Assembly: GCA_951406725.2 (NCBI GenBank)
Contig: OX597833.1
Span: forward strand, 38,998,001-39,062,000
Direction of reading: 5' to 3'
Length of the DNA: 64,000 nt
Source: Octopus vulgaris
Taxonomy: Eukaryota
How positions within the stretch are numbered: the stretch's first letter is position 1; the number at the start of each line of letters is the position of its first letter. A program made the position numbers and the translations under genes. Under the pieces are notes generated by a model. It saw only the letters and a program-made list of their open reading frames with translations, ran no database searches and was not told the DNA's origin. Positions 39,046 through 52,639 of this stretch are shown here, piece after piece.

Positions 39046-39459
39046 ATGAACATTTACATTTGCAGATAAACAGATTACATATTGAGATTAACTAAGAAGG
39101 TAAAACAAAGAAAGAGAGAAAAAAGTAGAGAGAACTTCAGGTTGTTTCTCCCTCTCTCTCGCTCTCTCTCACTCTTCATGGAATTCATGTTTATTTTCAA
39201 AAAGAATTACCTTGTGCTGCTGTTTTATGTTTGCTTTTTTGGAGGTGGGATTTGTTCTTGATACCTCCTTTTTTATACATATATAGTATTCCTTCTCATT
39301 GTGTCATCATTTATAAAACAAATATATATTTTAATGTGTAGTTTTGCTATGAATTAGTCAAGAGAGGAAAGAGAGTACCCATGACCTTTTACAGGGTCTT
39401 TGAGATTAATGGGAGAAAAAGAAGTCGCTGACAGATCAAAGATCTGACATGACTACCTT

Positions 39460-39791
39460 TATCAACATCATTATCAATATCATCATCATCATTACCTCCA
39501 CCATCATCACCACCAACACCAACATCATCATCATCATCCTCACCACCACCATCGTCACTATCATCATCATCTCCACCGCCACCATCACCACTGCCACCGT
39601 CACCACCACCACCACCACCGCCACCACCACCACTACCTTCATTATCACTATCACCACCACCATCATCATTCTCACCACCCCCCATCATCGCCACCACCAC
39701 CACCACCACCACCACCACCACCACCACCACCGCTGCCACCACCACCACCACCACCACCACCACCACCACCAATACCACCACCACCACCACC
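39460..39791. repeat. (ACC)n/(ATC)n tract
   Basis: Direct inspection. Confidence 0.95.
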
Positions 39792-39964
39792 TTTAGGAAA
39801 GTAAGAGGGAAGTTTTGAATTATGAAATAAGAGTATTCAAGCTCAAATCATAGATGGCTGCTGGCTAGATGGTTTGATGGTTGGATGGTTGGAAGAATAA
39901 ATGACTGGCTGGCAGACTGGAAGGCTGGCTGGGTGTGTATGATGAGAGAGAGAGAGAGAGAGAG

Positions 39965-40019
<55 letters not shown>

Positions 40020-40335
40020 CTGTCCCTCCTTTACTGCTAACACTTTGCACTTTCTTAAGGTAATTTATTTATATACACTTTATTGTCAAACTGCTTATCC
40101 TTTGCAGTATCAACATCTTAATCCTCTAAAGCTCTCTCTCCACCACTGCTCCATCCTTCTATAATTCCTTCTCTTCCTTCTTCATCTCTTTTATTATTTC
40201 ATTTCTCTTATAACAAGAGAATGTTCTCCTGACAACTAACACTAAAGAATGTTCATATTATTCAACCAATTGCAGAAACTCTTCTTTCTTAACCAAAATA
40301 TACTCCCTGTGTGTGTGTGTGTATACATGTGTGTA

Positions 40336-40380
<45 letters not shown>

Positions 40381-40452
40381 TGTGTGTGTGTGTATGTATA
40401 TATGTGTGTGTGTATGTATATATGTGTGTGTGTGTGTATGTATATATATGTG

Positions 40453-40485
<33 letters not shown>

Positions 40486-40504
40486 TTGTGTGTGTGTGCG
40501 TGTG

Positions 40505-40648
40505 TGTGGTAAGTAGCTTGCTTACCAACTACACGGTTCCGGGTTCAGTCCCACTGCGTGGCACCTTGGGCAAGTGTCTTCTACTGTAGCCTCGGGCCGA
40601 CCAAAGCCTTGTGAGTGGATTTCATAGACAGAAACTGAAAGAAGCTCG

Positions 40649-40687
<39 letters not shown>

Positions 40688-40895
40688 GTGTGTGTGTGTG
40701 TCTGTGTTTGTCTCCCCAACATCACTTGACAATCGATGCTGGTGTGTTTACGCCCCTGTCACTTAGCGGTTCGGCAAGAGAGACCAATAGAATAAGTACT
40801 AGGCTTACAAAGAATAAGTCCTGGAGTCGATTTGCTCAACTAAAAGTGGTGCTCCAGCATGGCCGCAGTCAAATGACAGAAACAAATAAAAGAAT
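40505..40895 (+). mobile_element. CORE-like SINE (OR2-like)
   Basis: Same family as 32102-32516. Confidence 0.9.
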
Positions 40896-41289
40896 AAAAG
40901 AATATATACATACATACATATACATATACATACATAGTGTGTGTGTGTGTGTGAGTGTATATTGTCAATTTATCATATATCAGAAAAAGAAGCACACTCT
41001 AAAGCATGGAGTCTGATGAGCTGTCCAACCAAGAACACCAAAATATAAGCAAGCAAGACAAATGTAAAGATACAAAATATACAGATTAATTACAGATTAT
41101 ATATATATAACCGGCAAAATTCACTACAGAGAAAGACTTTTGAAATATAACCCAAAATGTAATTGGTAGAACTATATACATGTTCAATCTCATGCAGACG
41201 CCTCGTGTATAGTTCTGCAAATTAAATTTTGCTATGATGATCACACTGACGAGTTGCGAACATCTACATAAGTGATTACGTAAGTGGTA

Positions 41290-41646
41290 CCAACGAAACT
41301 GGTTTGTGATTAATCTGTATACAGCATCACAGACAGCTTGGAATATCAAGGGAGTATTTCAGTCTAGTGCTATTACATAGCATTCAGTATCAAATTGATT
41401 TGCAAAATTTTGTTCTGGTAATTTTGACCTCACAAATGAGCAACGCGGTCGACTAGAAAAAAGGTAGATAATGACAAACTGAAAGCCACCGTCAAGTCAG
41501 ATTCATCTCAAAGTGCCCGTGAAATGGCAAAAGTGTATTAACAATACAGGTGTATACTTTGATGAATAAAACTATTCCTTGTATAAATAAAACATTAGCC
41601 AACATTTTTTTCCTTTTCTACAAATTTCATACTTGACGACCTAATA
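41290..41646 (+). mobile_element. Mariner remnant (N-terminal HTH plus right end)
   Basis: TASQTAWNIKGVF...FAKFCSGNFDLTNEQRGRLEKKVDNDKLKATVKSDSSQSAREMAK; ends gacgacctaa|ta. Confidence 0.75.
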
Positions 41647-41659
41647 TATATATATATAT

Positions 41660-42595
41660 ATTGGGCCATCCCATAAATGATGTGGATTTTTTCAATTGCA
41701 TGAACTAAAAGTTGGAGGGGGGCGGAATAAACTACCTGCATCAACTTGCTATAAAAGTAGGTAGTAATTGTACCTTGTACTTATTCTTAGTGAAAGTTTT
41801 GAAGAGTGCAGTTCGATTTATTTTTTTGAAGCTATACTGGAAGTGACAAAGCATATTTTGCTTTATAAGTTCAGTAAAGGCAACACTGCGATGGAAAATG
41901 CAAGGAATATTAATGCAGTATATGGGGATCAGACAATAAGCATAAGCCAGTGTCAATGGTAGTTCCAGAAATTCTGAGTTGGAAACTACAACCTAGAAGA
42001 CATGCCTCATCCTGGAAGATCTGAAGAGCTCAGTGAGGATGTCATGCAAACCCTGATGGAATAAAGTCCCATCGTAACTGTTAAGGAGCTAGCAGAGAAG
42101 CTTGGATTTGGTCATTCAACCATTCATCGATACCTGTGTGTGGAGGCGCAATGGCCCAGCGGACTTGCGGTCATAGGATCGCGGTTTCGATTCCCAGACC
42201 GGGCGTTGTGAGTGTTTATTGAGCGAAAACACCTAAAGCTCCACGAAGCTCCGGCAGGGATGGTGGTGATCCCTGCTGTACTCTTTCACCACAACTTTCT
42301 CTCACTCTTACTTCCTGTTTCTGTTGTACCTGTATTTCAAAGGGCCGGCCTTTGTCACTCTCTGTGTCACGCTGAATATCCCCGAGAACTACGTTAAGGG
42401 TACACGTGTCTGTGGAGTGCTCAGCCACTTACATGTTAATTTCATGAGCAGGCTGTTCTGTTGATCGGATCAACCAGAACCTCATCGTCGTAACCGATGG
42501 AGTGCTTCCATCCATAGATACCTGTGTGACATTGGAAAGTCAGTAAATTGGGTCAATGTGTTCCTCACAGACATTCCAAGTCTAATCGCAATTCA
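41660..42595 (+). mobile_element. Mariner 5' remnant interrupted by a SINE
   Basis: Starts ta|ttgggccatccc; HILLYKFSKGNTAMENARNINAVYG...LEDMPHPGRS...VKELAEKLGFGHSTIHRYL; resumes with SKLGQCVPHR (WVPHEL-like). Confidence 0.85.
42141..42508 (+). mobile_element. tRNA-derived SINE with about 20-bp target-site duplication
   Basis: B box ggtttcgattccc; tail shared with 59856-60176; cattcatcgatacctgtgtg (42121-40) versus catccatagatacctgtgtg (42509-28). Confidence 0.9.
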
Positions 42596-42841
42596 AATTT
42601 AGGTGCTTTTTCAACAACAAATTTGCCTATATATTTCTATATATCTATATCTGTATCTATCTATATCTGTATCTATCTATCTATCTATCTATCTACATAT
42701 ACATATATATGTATGTATATATGTGTGTATTAAAATGATCTGTCTTGTTTCTGCAAAGCAACTCTGGTAACAACAAATCTATAAATATATAGAATGTAAG
42801 GTTTACTTTTTTGTATATCAATTTCTTTGATGAGATGGATG

Positions 42842-42879
<38 letters not shown>

Positions 42880-43493
42880 TGGATGTATTGTGTATTTGCT
42901 TAAAAAATTGTTGTATTATTTACACCTGGATGCCCATCATCATATTGACCATTCAACTGTAAATTAAAAGTGAAAGCTTTTTATATTTCATTTTCATATC
43001 AGTCAATCACAACTGGAAGAAGTACGAAGCTATGTTGTTTTGCTCAAGAGGTACAAATTGCAATGACTACAGTATTAAATATGTATTGAAATTATGATGT
43101 GGTGGTCATCAGTCCTGTGCCATAGTCTCACATCCATTGTGAGTCATAGCAGAAATGAATATTTTTGCAAAGTCTTTGACATGACACATAAAGTTATTCA
43201 ACCTCCTCACCAACTCCACTAGTCCAACTGTCAAGTTCTTTGCCAATATTGATTTTAAAATAAAACAAAAACAATACAGGCACAAACAATTATATTTATT
43301 GACATTTTCTTATAGATTTTATAGTGAGTAAATAAAAACCTTAATTTTTTTTTATGATAAAAATATTTCCCAGTTATTTTTTGTCCTGTTTTATAGTTTT
43401 GTTATGAGCTTTTATTGCTTTTTGTTATCTTTTTGCTTTTTCTTGTTATCATTTCCCTCTTAGTTTTTCCATTTTGTTTTGATATATATATGC

Positions 43494-43524
<31 letters not shown>

Positions 43525-43534
43525 TGTGTACATG

Positions 43535-43627
<93 letters not shown>

Positions 43628-44274
43628 GTATATTGCTTGCTATGTTTTTTCTGCTGTATATATTTTATTGCTGTTTTTTTCCCTACTGTTTTTGTGCTGT
43701 TTTTCTAACTGTTTTACATGTTGTATATTTTCAAGCTATTATTTTGTTATATTATTATTATTTTTTTTTTACTATTTATCTTATTATTTGTTTCATATTT
43801 TTCTCTCTCCTTTTTTTTTTCTATTTATATATTTTTTGCTATTGATTCTGCTGTTGATATTCATGGAATGGTTAAATAAAAGGAACAGAAAACAAAACAA
43901 AAAAAATAATAATAATAATAATAAGCAAAAATGACAATAATAAAACTAATAAAAAAATCAACAAAAAGCAAATGTTGAAAGGGAATTGTGAAGTAGATAA
44001 AAGTAGTTAATGTCAAGCCCAGTACTGCTGATCCAATCGACTTTGATTAAGTAAACTGTCGTTGAATAAAGTAGACAAAGTCCAGGAACAAATAAAGAAA
44101 AAAAAGTGTAATAATAATAATAATAAAAGCAGACATGTTAAAAGCAGCAGCAGCAGTAGCAGTAGCAACGATAACAACAACAATGAATGTAAAGACAGCA
44201 AAAAAACAATAAGTATGATAATGTCTAAAAAAAAGGTACATAAAAAATCGAAAATCTAAACAAACCATTACAAT

Positions 44275-44340
44275 GACCAGCCCCCATCACTGCCACCACC
44301 TACACCATCACTACCACCACCACCACCACTATTGCAATCG

Positions 44341-44376
<36 letters not shown>

Positions 44377-45149
44377 ACTGCTGCAGCATCAGCACCAGCA
44401 TCATCATCATCATTATGATCTCCCATCATTGGCAGAATCATCTTACCGTTCCTTTCATCGTAATTCTTATTTTCATAATCTTATAATCATCATCATTTCT
44501 ATTAGCATCTTTATTGCTATCATCAGCATCACTGCTTTCACCACCATCATTGCGAGCGTCGTCATCGTCCTCATCAACATTGCTATTGTCATCATCATCA
44601 TCATCATCATTGCTATTGTCAACATTATCATTGCTATATAACCATCATTATTATTATCAACATAGCTGTCATCATCATCATCTTTCATCATTGCTTTCAT
44701 CATCATCATCATCATCATCACCATCATCATCATCATTGCTATATAACCATCATTATCATTATCAACATAGCTGTCATCATCATCATCTTTCATCATTGCT
44801 TTCATCATCATCATCATCATCGCCATCATCATCATCATTGCTATTGTCAACATCATCATTGCTATATAACCATCATTATTATTATCAACATAGCTGTCAT
44901 CATCATCATCTTACATCATTGCTTTCATCACCATCATCTTCATCATTTCTGTCATCATTGCTATTAGCAACACCACCATTGCTGCTGCGTCATCATTATT
45001 GCAATCATCATCATCATCATAGTTACCATCATTATCATTTCTATATTATTGTCATCACTGTCATCACTATCATCAATATTGCCATTGCTGCCTGCCATTA
45101 CCATCCTTGCTCTCATCAACATCCTCATTGCTATCATCTTAAACTTTGC

Positions 45150-45182
<33 letters not shown>

Positions 45183-45539
45183 TACTATAATCATTATCAT
45201 TGATACTGTTATTATTGTCGCTACCATTACCATTACAGCTAATCATCAACATCATCATTGCCATCATGGTCATCATCGTTATGTTCATCCTCCTCATTAT
45301 CACAGTCGTCATCATCGTCATCATCATCATCATGATTGTTGTCATTATCGTTGTTGCTGTAGTCATCATCATCATCATCATCACTGCCCTTAATATCCTC
45401 CTCCTCCTCCTTGACATCATTATCGTCGTCGTCATCATCATCGTCATCATCACCATCATTGTCGTTTTTGTTGCCATCATCGTTGTCGTCTTCATTGTCA
45501 TCATTATCATTGTCATTATGGTTGTCATCATCATCATCG

Positions 45540-45581
<42 letters not shown>

Positions 45582-46300
45582 CCACCATCATCATCAATTC
45601 TGCTGCTATCTCTAACGTTGCTATTGAAATCAACATGACTGTTACAAACATCAGTACTATAATTACAACTAATTAGTAATTAAGGAATTAGTAGTAGCAG
45701 TGGTATTATTAATATTATTGCAATCACCATCAAAACCACCACCATCACTGCCACCACTGCCGCTGCCACCTCCTCCCACCACCATTGCTGCCACTGCAAC
45801 CACGACAACCACTCAACAATCATGCAAATTACTAAGACTACCACCAAAATGACCTTCAGCACTAACCACCACCCCCTATGCAAATACAGACACACCATTC
45901 CCTACGCAAACACAGACACACATACAGATATTAGAACCTTTGCATATAGACCTATCCCACCATCATCACCACTATCATAACTATCTTTGCCCTCATCGTC
46001 AATGCTACCAGTACCACCACCACCACTGCCACCATCACCACCAAAACCACCACCACATCACCTCTACCAACACCATCACCACTACCACCACCACCAACAC
46101 CACCACCACTTCCACTACCACCGCCACTGCTAATATCCAACCACCACCACCACTTCCACTACCAACACTACCACTGCCACTGCTAATATCCAACCACCAC
46201 CAACAACAACTATAACCACCACTACCACCACCCCCAACATCAATAACAACCACCACTACCATTAGAAGCACCACTCCCACAAGTACCATCACCACCTGCT
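44275..46300. repeat. Long degenerate (ATC)n/(ACC)n field with a higher-order repeat at 44575-44940
   Basis: attgctatataaccatcattat.attatcaacatagctgtcatc at about 44630, 44736, 44858. Confidence 0.9.
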
Positions 46301-46780
46301 AAGAGTATATCTTCTCCAAGAGCAGAAACACTCAAAAGTTAAGAATTCATTTCAGCTTACTTTTAGGAAGACCAAACATTTGAGATTTGCTATGCAAAGT
46401 ACTTTTGGCATTTTCATCTCCCAGAACAGATTCTTGGACATAAGGTAGAAAAATGTAATTATCTTAATGTAGTATTAGCATTACCATCACTGGAGAGGCT
46501 AGGCTAGCCATGTTCCACAGTAGTGGCCGTGTGTGTATATACCTGTCTGCCTGTCTATGTGTAGAAGGAGTGTAGGGAGGAGGTAAAGGTAAGTTGACCT
46601 ATAGTCTAATGGAATTGTTCAGGTATGTTGATCAAGGGCAAGGGTAGTGGTGGTGTTATGAAGTGTGCAGTTTCTGGTGCTGATTGTAATAATGATTATG
46701 ATAATGCTGTTTTGACATATATATACATATATTTATATATGTATATGTATGTGTGTGTGTGTATATATACATATATATAC

Positions 46781-46838
<58 letters not shown>

Positions 46839-46841
46839 ATA

Positions 46842-46885
<44 letters not shown>

Positions 46886-46950
46886 CAAATCACTGTGGAA
46901 ACTAGGGAGTTTCATTATTTGATAATATATATATATATATATATATATAA

Positions 46951-47355
46951 TAGTTTTCCTTTTTGGAGATACATTGCTAAACAGCGCTGCCTAATTTAAT
47001 TACTTGTATACACATTAGTGATTCACTAAATCATCCATAGATTTCTATGGAATAAACATATATACAGCTGGTGATCTTGCCCGGAAACTGGTGAGTTGCG
47101 CTGAACCTGCTGATGAGTGCTTTGATCATAAAGCCGAAACCATTGAAGGTCTAGGGATATCACAGCTGCCACTTTAAGCTATTTACAGTTGCTGTAAGTG
47201 TGTATGTATACAATTATGTGCACTGAATGCAACATCAGAGCACTTTAGCTCTTATTTCTAGCATTGTAGGTGTTCTAACATCCTCTGTCATACTTAATGA
47301 CTATTATAGTTTTCCTTTTGGTGATACATTGCTAAACAGCAGCCTAATTTAATTA
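46951..47355 (+). mobile_element. Retrozyme-like / PLE pseudo-LTR element, about 356-bp unit plus about 50-bp terminal direct repeat
   Basis: tagttttccttttgg.gatacattgctaaacagc...gcctaatttaatta at 46951 and 47307; preceded by (TA)n; shares conserved blocks with 6867-7293. Confidence 0.8.
47100..47166 (+). ncRNA. Type I hammerhead ribozyme
   Basis: Stem I CCUG(47106-09)/UAGG(47152-55); CUGAUGA 47110-16; stem II G(u)GCUUU-gaucau-AAAGCC; GAAA 47136-39; stem III ACC-auugaa-GGU; GUC triplet 47149-51; distal GCUG/CAGC. Confidence 0.9.
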
Positions 47356-47363
47356 TATACATC

Positions 47364-47423
<60 letters not shown>

Positions 47424-47793
47424 TGTGCATTGTGCATGTATTTGTGAAAGTATGTATGTAGCATTGTGTGTATATCCCTGAATGACAGCTGTATTAATGT
47501 TATCCTCCCACTGCCACTCCATATTTGTCACACAACTTTGTTCTCCCCTTCCCTGATATCAGTCACACCCACAATGTCTTCACATTTCCCTCATACAGCA
47601 CTCTTGTGTCCTCCTCATTTTATCAAATAATAGTCCAATCCCCCTCAGGGATTATAGATTTTTATTGAAATCCATTTAGCCTATAATTGAACTGGATGTT
47701 AGTTTAACATGTATGCAAAGTTTTGTCAAGTTTGGTTCACTACTGTAGGCGGCAAGGTGGTAACAGACAGATAGACAGAAATTGGCATTTATG

Positions 47794-47838
<45 letters not shown>

Positions 47839-47974
47839 TAAAAAATGGAGTTAACGCAGGTTTAAACAAGTATTTTTACTTTCTACACATGTTTCGAAAA
47901 TTCCACTGATACTGCCCTGGTAACTATTTATTTATTTTTCCGTGTTAATTGTTAACAAGGTAAAAATACACTCA

Positions 47975-48007
<33 letters not shown>

Positions 48008-48319
48008 CACACACATATATATAGACAGATTATTGGCTACTTCAAGGCAGTGAATGTTACTCTGCCATTTACCTGTGCTTAGTTGAATCTCTTCACTTTA
48101 ACATTCAGAGCACTGAACAGAAATTACATCCCATTTGTATGATTCAGCCAGCTATGCAATGTTCTGTTTTAATTAGACAGTCTGGCTCAGAATCATGTTG
48201 GTGCATGTTTCCTGGCTCCATCTAATGAGGGCTCAGTTGTCATACTGTGACTCAGAACTGGTATGGACTGAAGGAATTCGACTGTCTAATTAAATGTATA
48301 GACAGAAATACATATATAC

Positions 48320-49052
48320 AGGCATGACTGTGTAGTAAGAAGCTTGATTCCCAACCACATGGTTCAGGGTTCAGTCCTACAGTGTGGTACCTTGAGCAAA
48401 TGTCTTCTGCTATGACCTCAGGCCAACCAAAAACTTGTGATTAGATTTGGTAGATGGAAACTGAAAGAAGGCTTTTGTACAAAGCATATATATATATATG
48501 CTAGCAGTATCGACCGGCGTTGCTCGGGTTTGTAAGGGAAATAACTATATAAGTATTTTTAGAGAGTTACTTCCCTTATAGATGCCAATTCGGGCTTTCT
48601 TAGTCATTTCTGTTTTGGTGTCTTCAAGCTATGAAGTCGTTGTTCTAAAAGAACGCTGGTCTCCTTGACAACGCATTAAGACGTTGATTTCTTTACACTC
48701 CCTTCCCCACAGCTTCACGAGGGAGGGAAGGGGGAGAAGCAAACAGGTGCAGCTGTGAGCGTGGACGCCAACTCCGCCGCCATTGACACACGAAAGATTA
48801 TGCATTAAAATGGAATAAAAAATGATGTTAAATTATTTTTAAAATCGTAGACTCATCGTTGATGCGCGCTAATAGCCAGACGGGCTCGAATATGAATCAC
48901 GACTATAAGATACCCGAATTTGGTTAAACTGCACCGCAAAATGTGGGAGGAGTTAGGAATCTAAATCGAAGGGGACAGACACTCACACAACTAGAGTTTT
49001 ATATATATAGATATATATATATATGTAAATGTATATATATATATGTATATGT

Positions 49053-49084
<32 letters not shown>

Positions 49085-49305
49085 GTATATGTATATATAT
49101 ATGTGTGTCTGTTTGTCTCCCCACCATTGTTTGACAACTGATGCTTGTGTGTTTCTGACCCCATAACTTAGCAGTCCAGCCTAAGAGATCAATAGGATAT
49201 AAGTACTAGGCTTACAAAGAATAAGTCCTGGTGTAGATTTCTTTGACTAAAACCCTTTAAAGAAGTGCTCCAGCATGGCAACAGTCAAATGACTGAAACA
49301 AATAA
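48320..49305 (+). mobile_element. CORE-like SINE split by a Helitron
   Basis: Head and core 48320-48475; tail 49100-49305. Confidence 0.85.
48501..49011 (-). mobile_element. Non-autonomous Helitron
   Basis: Minus strand A|TCtatatatataaaac ... cccgagcaacgccggtc gatactg CTAG; termini shared with 25895-26281 but different interior. Confidence 0.85.
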
Positions 49306-50003
49306 AGGGTTTAAAAGAATATATATCTATACATATAAATTTGACATGGACAATTCTGTCTTGTCTTGGTATTCATGGTCAAACAGCTAGGTGGAATTGT
49401 ACCTAAAATTACACAGATGTGTAGAGTGATCTGGTGATGATACCGCACTTTGTATTTTTTCATAGCTCCCATCGTTACCGAGATAATCTACAATATAATA
49501 CTCTTGTGTTTTTGAATGATAATGGAAGGAGTGATGTCATACTTAGTAGTGACATATTTCATCTTTGTTCACTTAGTATTTGGGTATATGTTTTGATTTG
49601 GTTGAATCTTGGTTGTTTTTTTTTTTTGTTGGTCAGTTATTTTTAGCATTTTGACAGAAAAAAGTCATTCTAAAATTGTTTTTTAACATAAGCATACCCA
49701 AACAAGTCGAATGCTTGCTCAGAGCAGGTTTTACAGCCACATCATCCAAACCGACCAGATGAAACCGGGCTTAGCAGCTAGTATATATATATATAATTAT
49801 AACAAGGGCTTAGAAAATATTTTCCACTCTATATGCTGAGAAATAGATGCTAAATTGTTTCACCACTATTATTCTCTATTATATATATATATATAAATAA
49901 TCAATGAAAAAACGGACAAAGAAGACGAAAAAAAACAACAAAGAGAGGATGTGGTACAGGCAAAGTATTAATGGGACGCTCAGAGAAGGAAAGAAAGAGT
50001 GGT

Positions 50004-50040
50004 TGTTTTACGTTTCAAGCAGACCTCTTCTTCAGAAACA
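50004..50040 (-). ncRNA. Minimal (PLE-type) hammerhead motif, stem II partly decayed
   Basis: UGUUU-CUGAAGA-a-GAGgucugCUU-GAAAC-GUA-AAACA; stem III reduced to the palindrome ACGU. Confidence 0.6.
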
Positions 50041-50144
50041 GGAGACATAGGAAAGTCCAAAAGAAATGAAAGAAGGAGTTTAAAAAAATTGATAACAGTC
50101 CACATGTAGTTACATTTTTGTAACTACATGTGGACTTTTTTACT

Positions 50145-50552
50145 CTTTTACTTGTTTCAGTCATTTGACTGTGGCCATGCGAGAGCACCGCCTTTAGTCG
50201 AGCAATTCAATCCCAGGACTTATTCTTTGTAAGCCTAGTACTTATTCTATTGGTCTCTTTTGCCAAACCGCTAAGTTACAGGGACATAAACACACCAGCA
50301 TCTGTTGTCAAGCGATGTTGGGGGGGTGACAACACAGACACACAAACATATACACACACACACACACATATATATATGTATATATACATATATACAACGG
50401 GTTTCTTTCAGTTTCCATCTACCAAATCCACTCACAAGGCTTTGGTTGGCCTGAGACTATAGTAGAAGACACTTGCCCAAGGTGCCACACAGTGGGACTG
50501 AACCCAGAACCATGTGGTTGTAAGCAAGCTACTTACCACACAGCCACTCCTA
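50145..50552 (-). mobile_element. CORE-like SINE (OR2-like)
   Basis: Same family as 32102-32516. Confidence 0.9.
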
Positions 50553-51724
50553 CATCTATCTTGGTGATTTTTTCCCCCTCATTCTTCCTCGTCTTTTGGA
50601 CTTTCCTATATCTCCTGTTTCTAAAGAAGAGCTTTGCTTGTAATGTAAAACAATCACTCTTTCTTTCCTTCTCTGAGCATCTCATTAATACTTTGCCTGT
50701 ACCATGTCCTTGCGCTGTGGTTTGTTTTACTTGTTGTCTTTTTTTCTCCATCTGATGCTACATATACCCAGTTTTTCTCTCAAAGCACTTGCACTCTCTC
50801 AGTGTGCAAATATAACAGAGTGTAAGTGATTTGAAAGAAAATCTGGGTACATGGGGCATCAGATGCAGTGTGCAAGAGAGAAGACTGTGCTGTTAAATGC
50901 TCAGCCATATGCATACTAATTTAAGATCAGGTAACTGTGTTGATTGAAATGCTGAATCTTCGTTATAGAAACAAAGAACCATTCACCCATATTCAAATAT
51001 AATGCATAGGATTTTATTTGAAGCATGAGAAACTTCGCAAATCTTTACGCCAAGTTTCATCTCACAGAATATTGGACAAAGAATGGTAAAAAGAAACTTA
51101 GAATTGTGATTTATGAAGTTTTCAGTTTCAAATAAAATTTGATATTTCATTCTGTTTGCTCTGCATTATACCTTACTTGCACTTACATACTTGTATACAC
51201 ACATGCACACACATGCACATGCACATACACATACACACACACATATGATCACAAACACACACACACACACACACATTATTATTTTTGGTTTAGTTGATCA
51301 TTTTGACCTCAATGATTATTTTTCACTGGTACCAATGATGATGATGATGATGATGATGGTGGTGATGATGGTGTTGATGATGGTGTGATGATGATAATGA
51401 TGATGATGGTAGTGGTGGTGGTGGTGATGGGGATAATAGCGATGATGATGATGGTGATGATGATGATGATCTATATTTTTTGAACCATTAAGTTATGGGA
51501 CATAAAGGAACAGAACATAAACAACATTAATGGGTTTAGATTGGTGTAAATTTAAACAAAAGCATGAACTCACATAAATACATAACTACATACACAAGTA
51601 CTCATACACACACATATATGCATATATGTGTACATATATAAATTTATATACATGTGTGTGTGAATATTTGTGCATATATATTTTTTTATACATTTAAATA
51701 TTAACACACATGTATACATACATA

Positions 51725-51779
<55 letters not shown>

Positions 51780-52639
51780 ATATATATATATATATACCTA
51801 TCTATCTATTTATAGATATATATATTTCACACACACACACACACACACACATTTCTTCCTGCTTTCCATTTATCAAATTTCACTCACAAGATATTGGTGA
51901 ACTAGTGGAAGATACTTGCTCAAGGTACTGTGCGTGGGATCAAAACTCAGAACTTCTTTACCACAAAACTAAACCTATGCTTTTAAACTGTAACTCTGAG
52001 TTTTATGCTGTTAGTAATTCAACTGGTTGAATTAGGGAAGCAACCTGACAATATATAAGCAAAGATATTTTAAACACATAAAATTTTGATTAATCATTGA
52101 GATTTAATTGCTCAGGAGAAAAAAAACCCAAACAATTACTTAATACATTAATACATCACACATTCATCTATTTTATTGTCATATGTAGAATGTGATAAAT
52201 ACATTTATTCACATATTTAAGCATGCATTTTCATATCTTCATCCTCATATGTATAAAACACATGAAAGCAGGGAACATGGCTATTACTAATGAAGTTTTA
52301 ATGATGTTGAGCAACTAAATGCTTTTTAAATTTTTGTTTATATGACCATTGCTCAAGCTATGGTAAATCCATTATGTGAAGGAAAGAAAACTATTTTAGT
52401 TTGTAAGAAATTTCTTGAATGCAATTCTGGATCTTTCCTCAAAACTGCCAAAGGCTGTTGTTGGGTGTTATTCATTTCCATGGGTCAAGCATCACTCTTT
52501 CTGGAGTAATTAGTGAAAAAAGATGCATGCTATACAATGCTGACACAAACATTTTTGCTGATACTAACATTTTTTAAACTGCAGGTTTATTTGGGGGGTG
52601 AGGTGATGAGGCATCATCCTGAGTGTTTGAATGAGTATG

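Larger units (their letters stand above)
49900..50760. mobile_element. Inverted-repeat PLE-terminus-like element with a SINE near its centre
   Basis: 49905-50095 is the reverse complement of about 50565-50755; hairpin apex 50097-50136. Confidence 0.75.

Noticed and set aside
41013-41045. CTGATGAG hammerhead-like box
   Set aside because: No stem II, GAAA or cleavage triplet downstream; the same holds for ctgagga at about 33256
44273-45676. Poly-His/Ser/Ile/Met/Asp ORFs
   Set aside because: (ATC)n tract translations with no splice or domain evidence; the same applies at 4.5, 14, 23.5 and 39.4 kb
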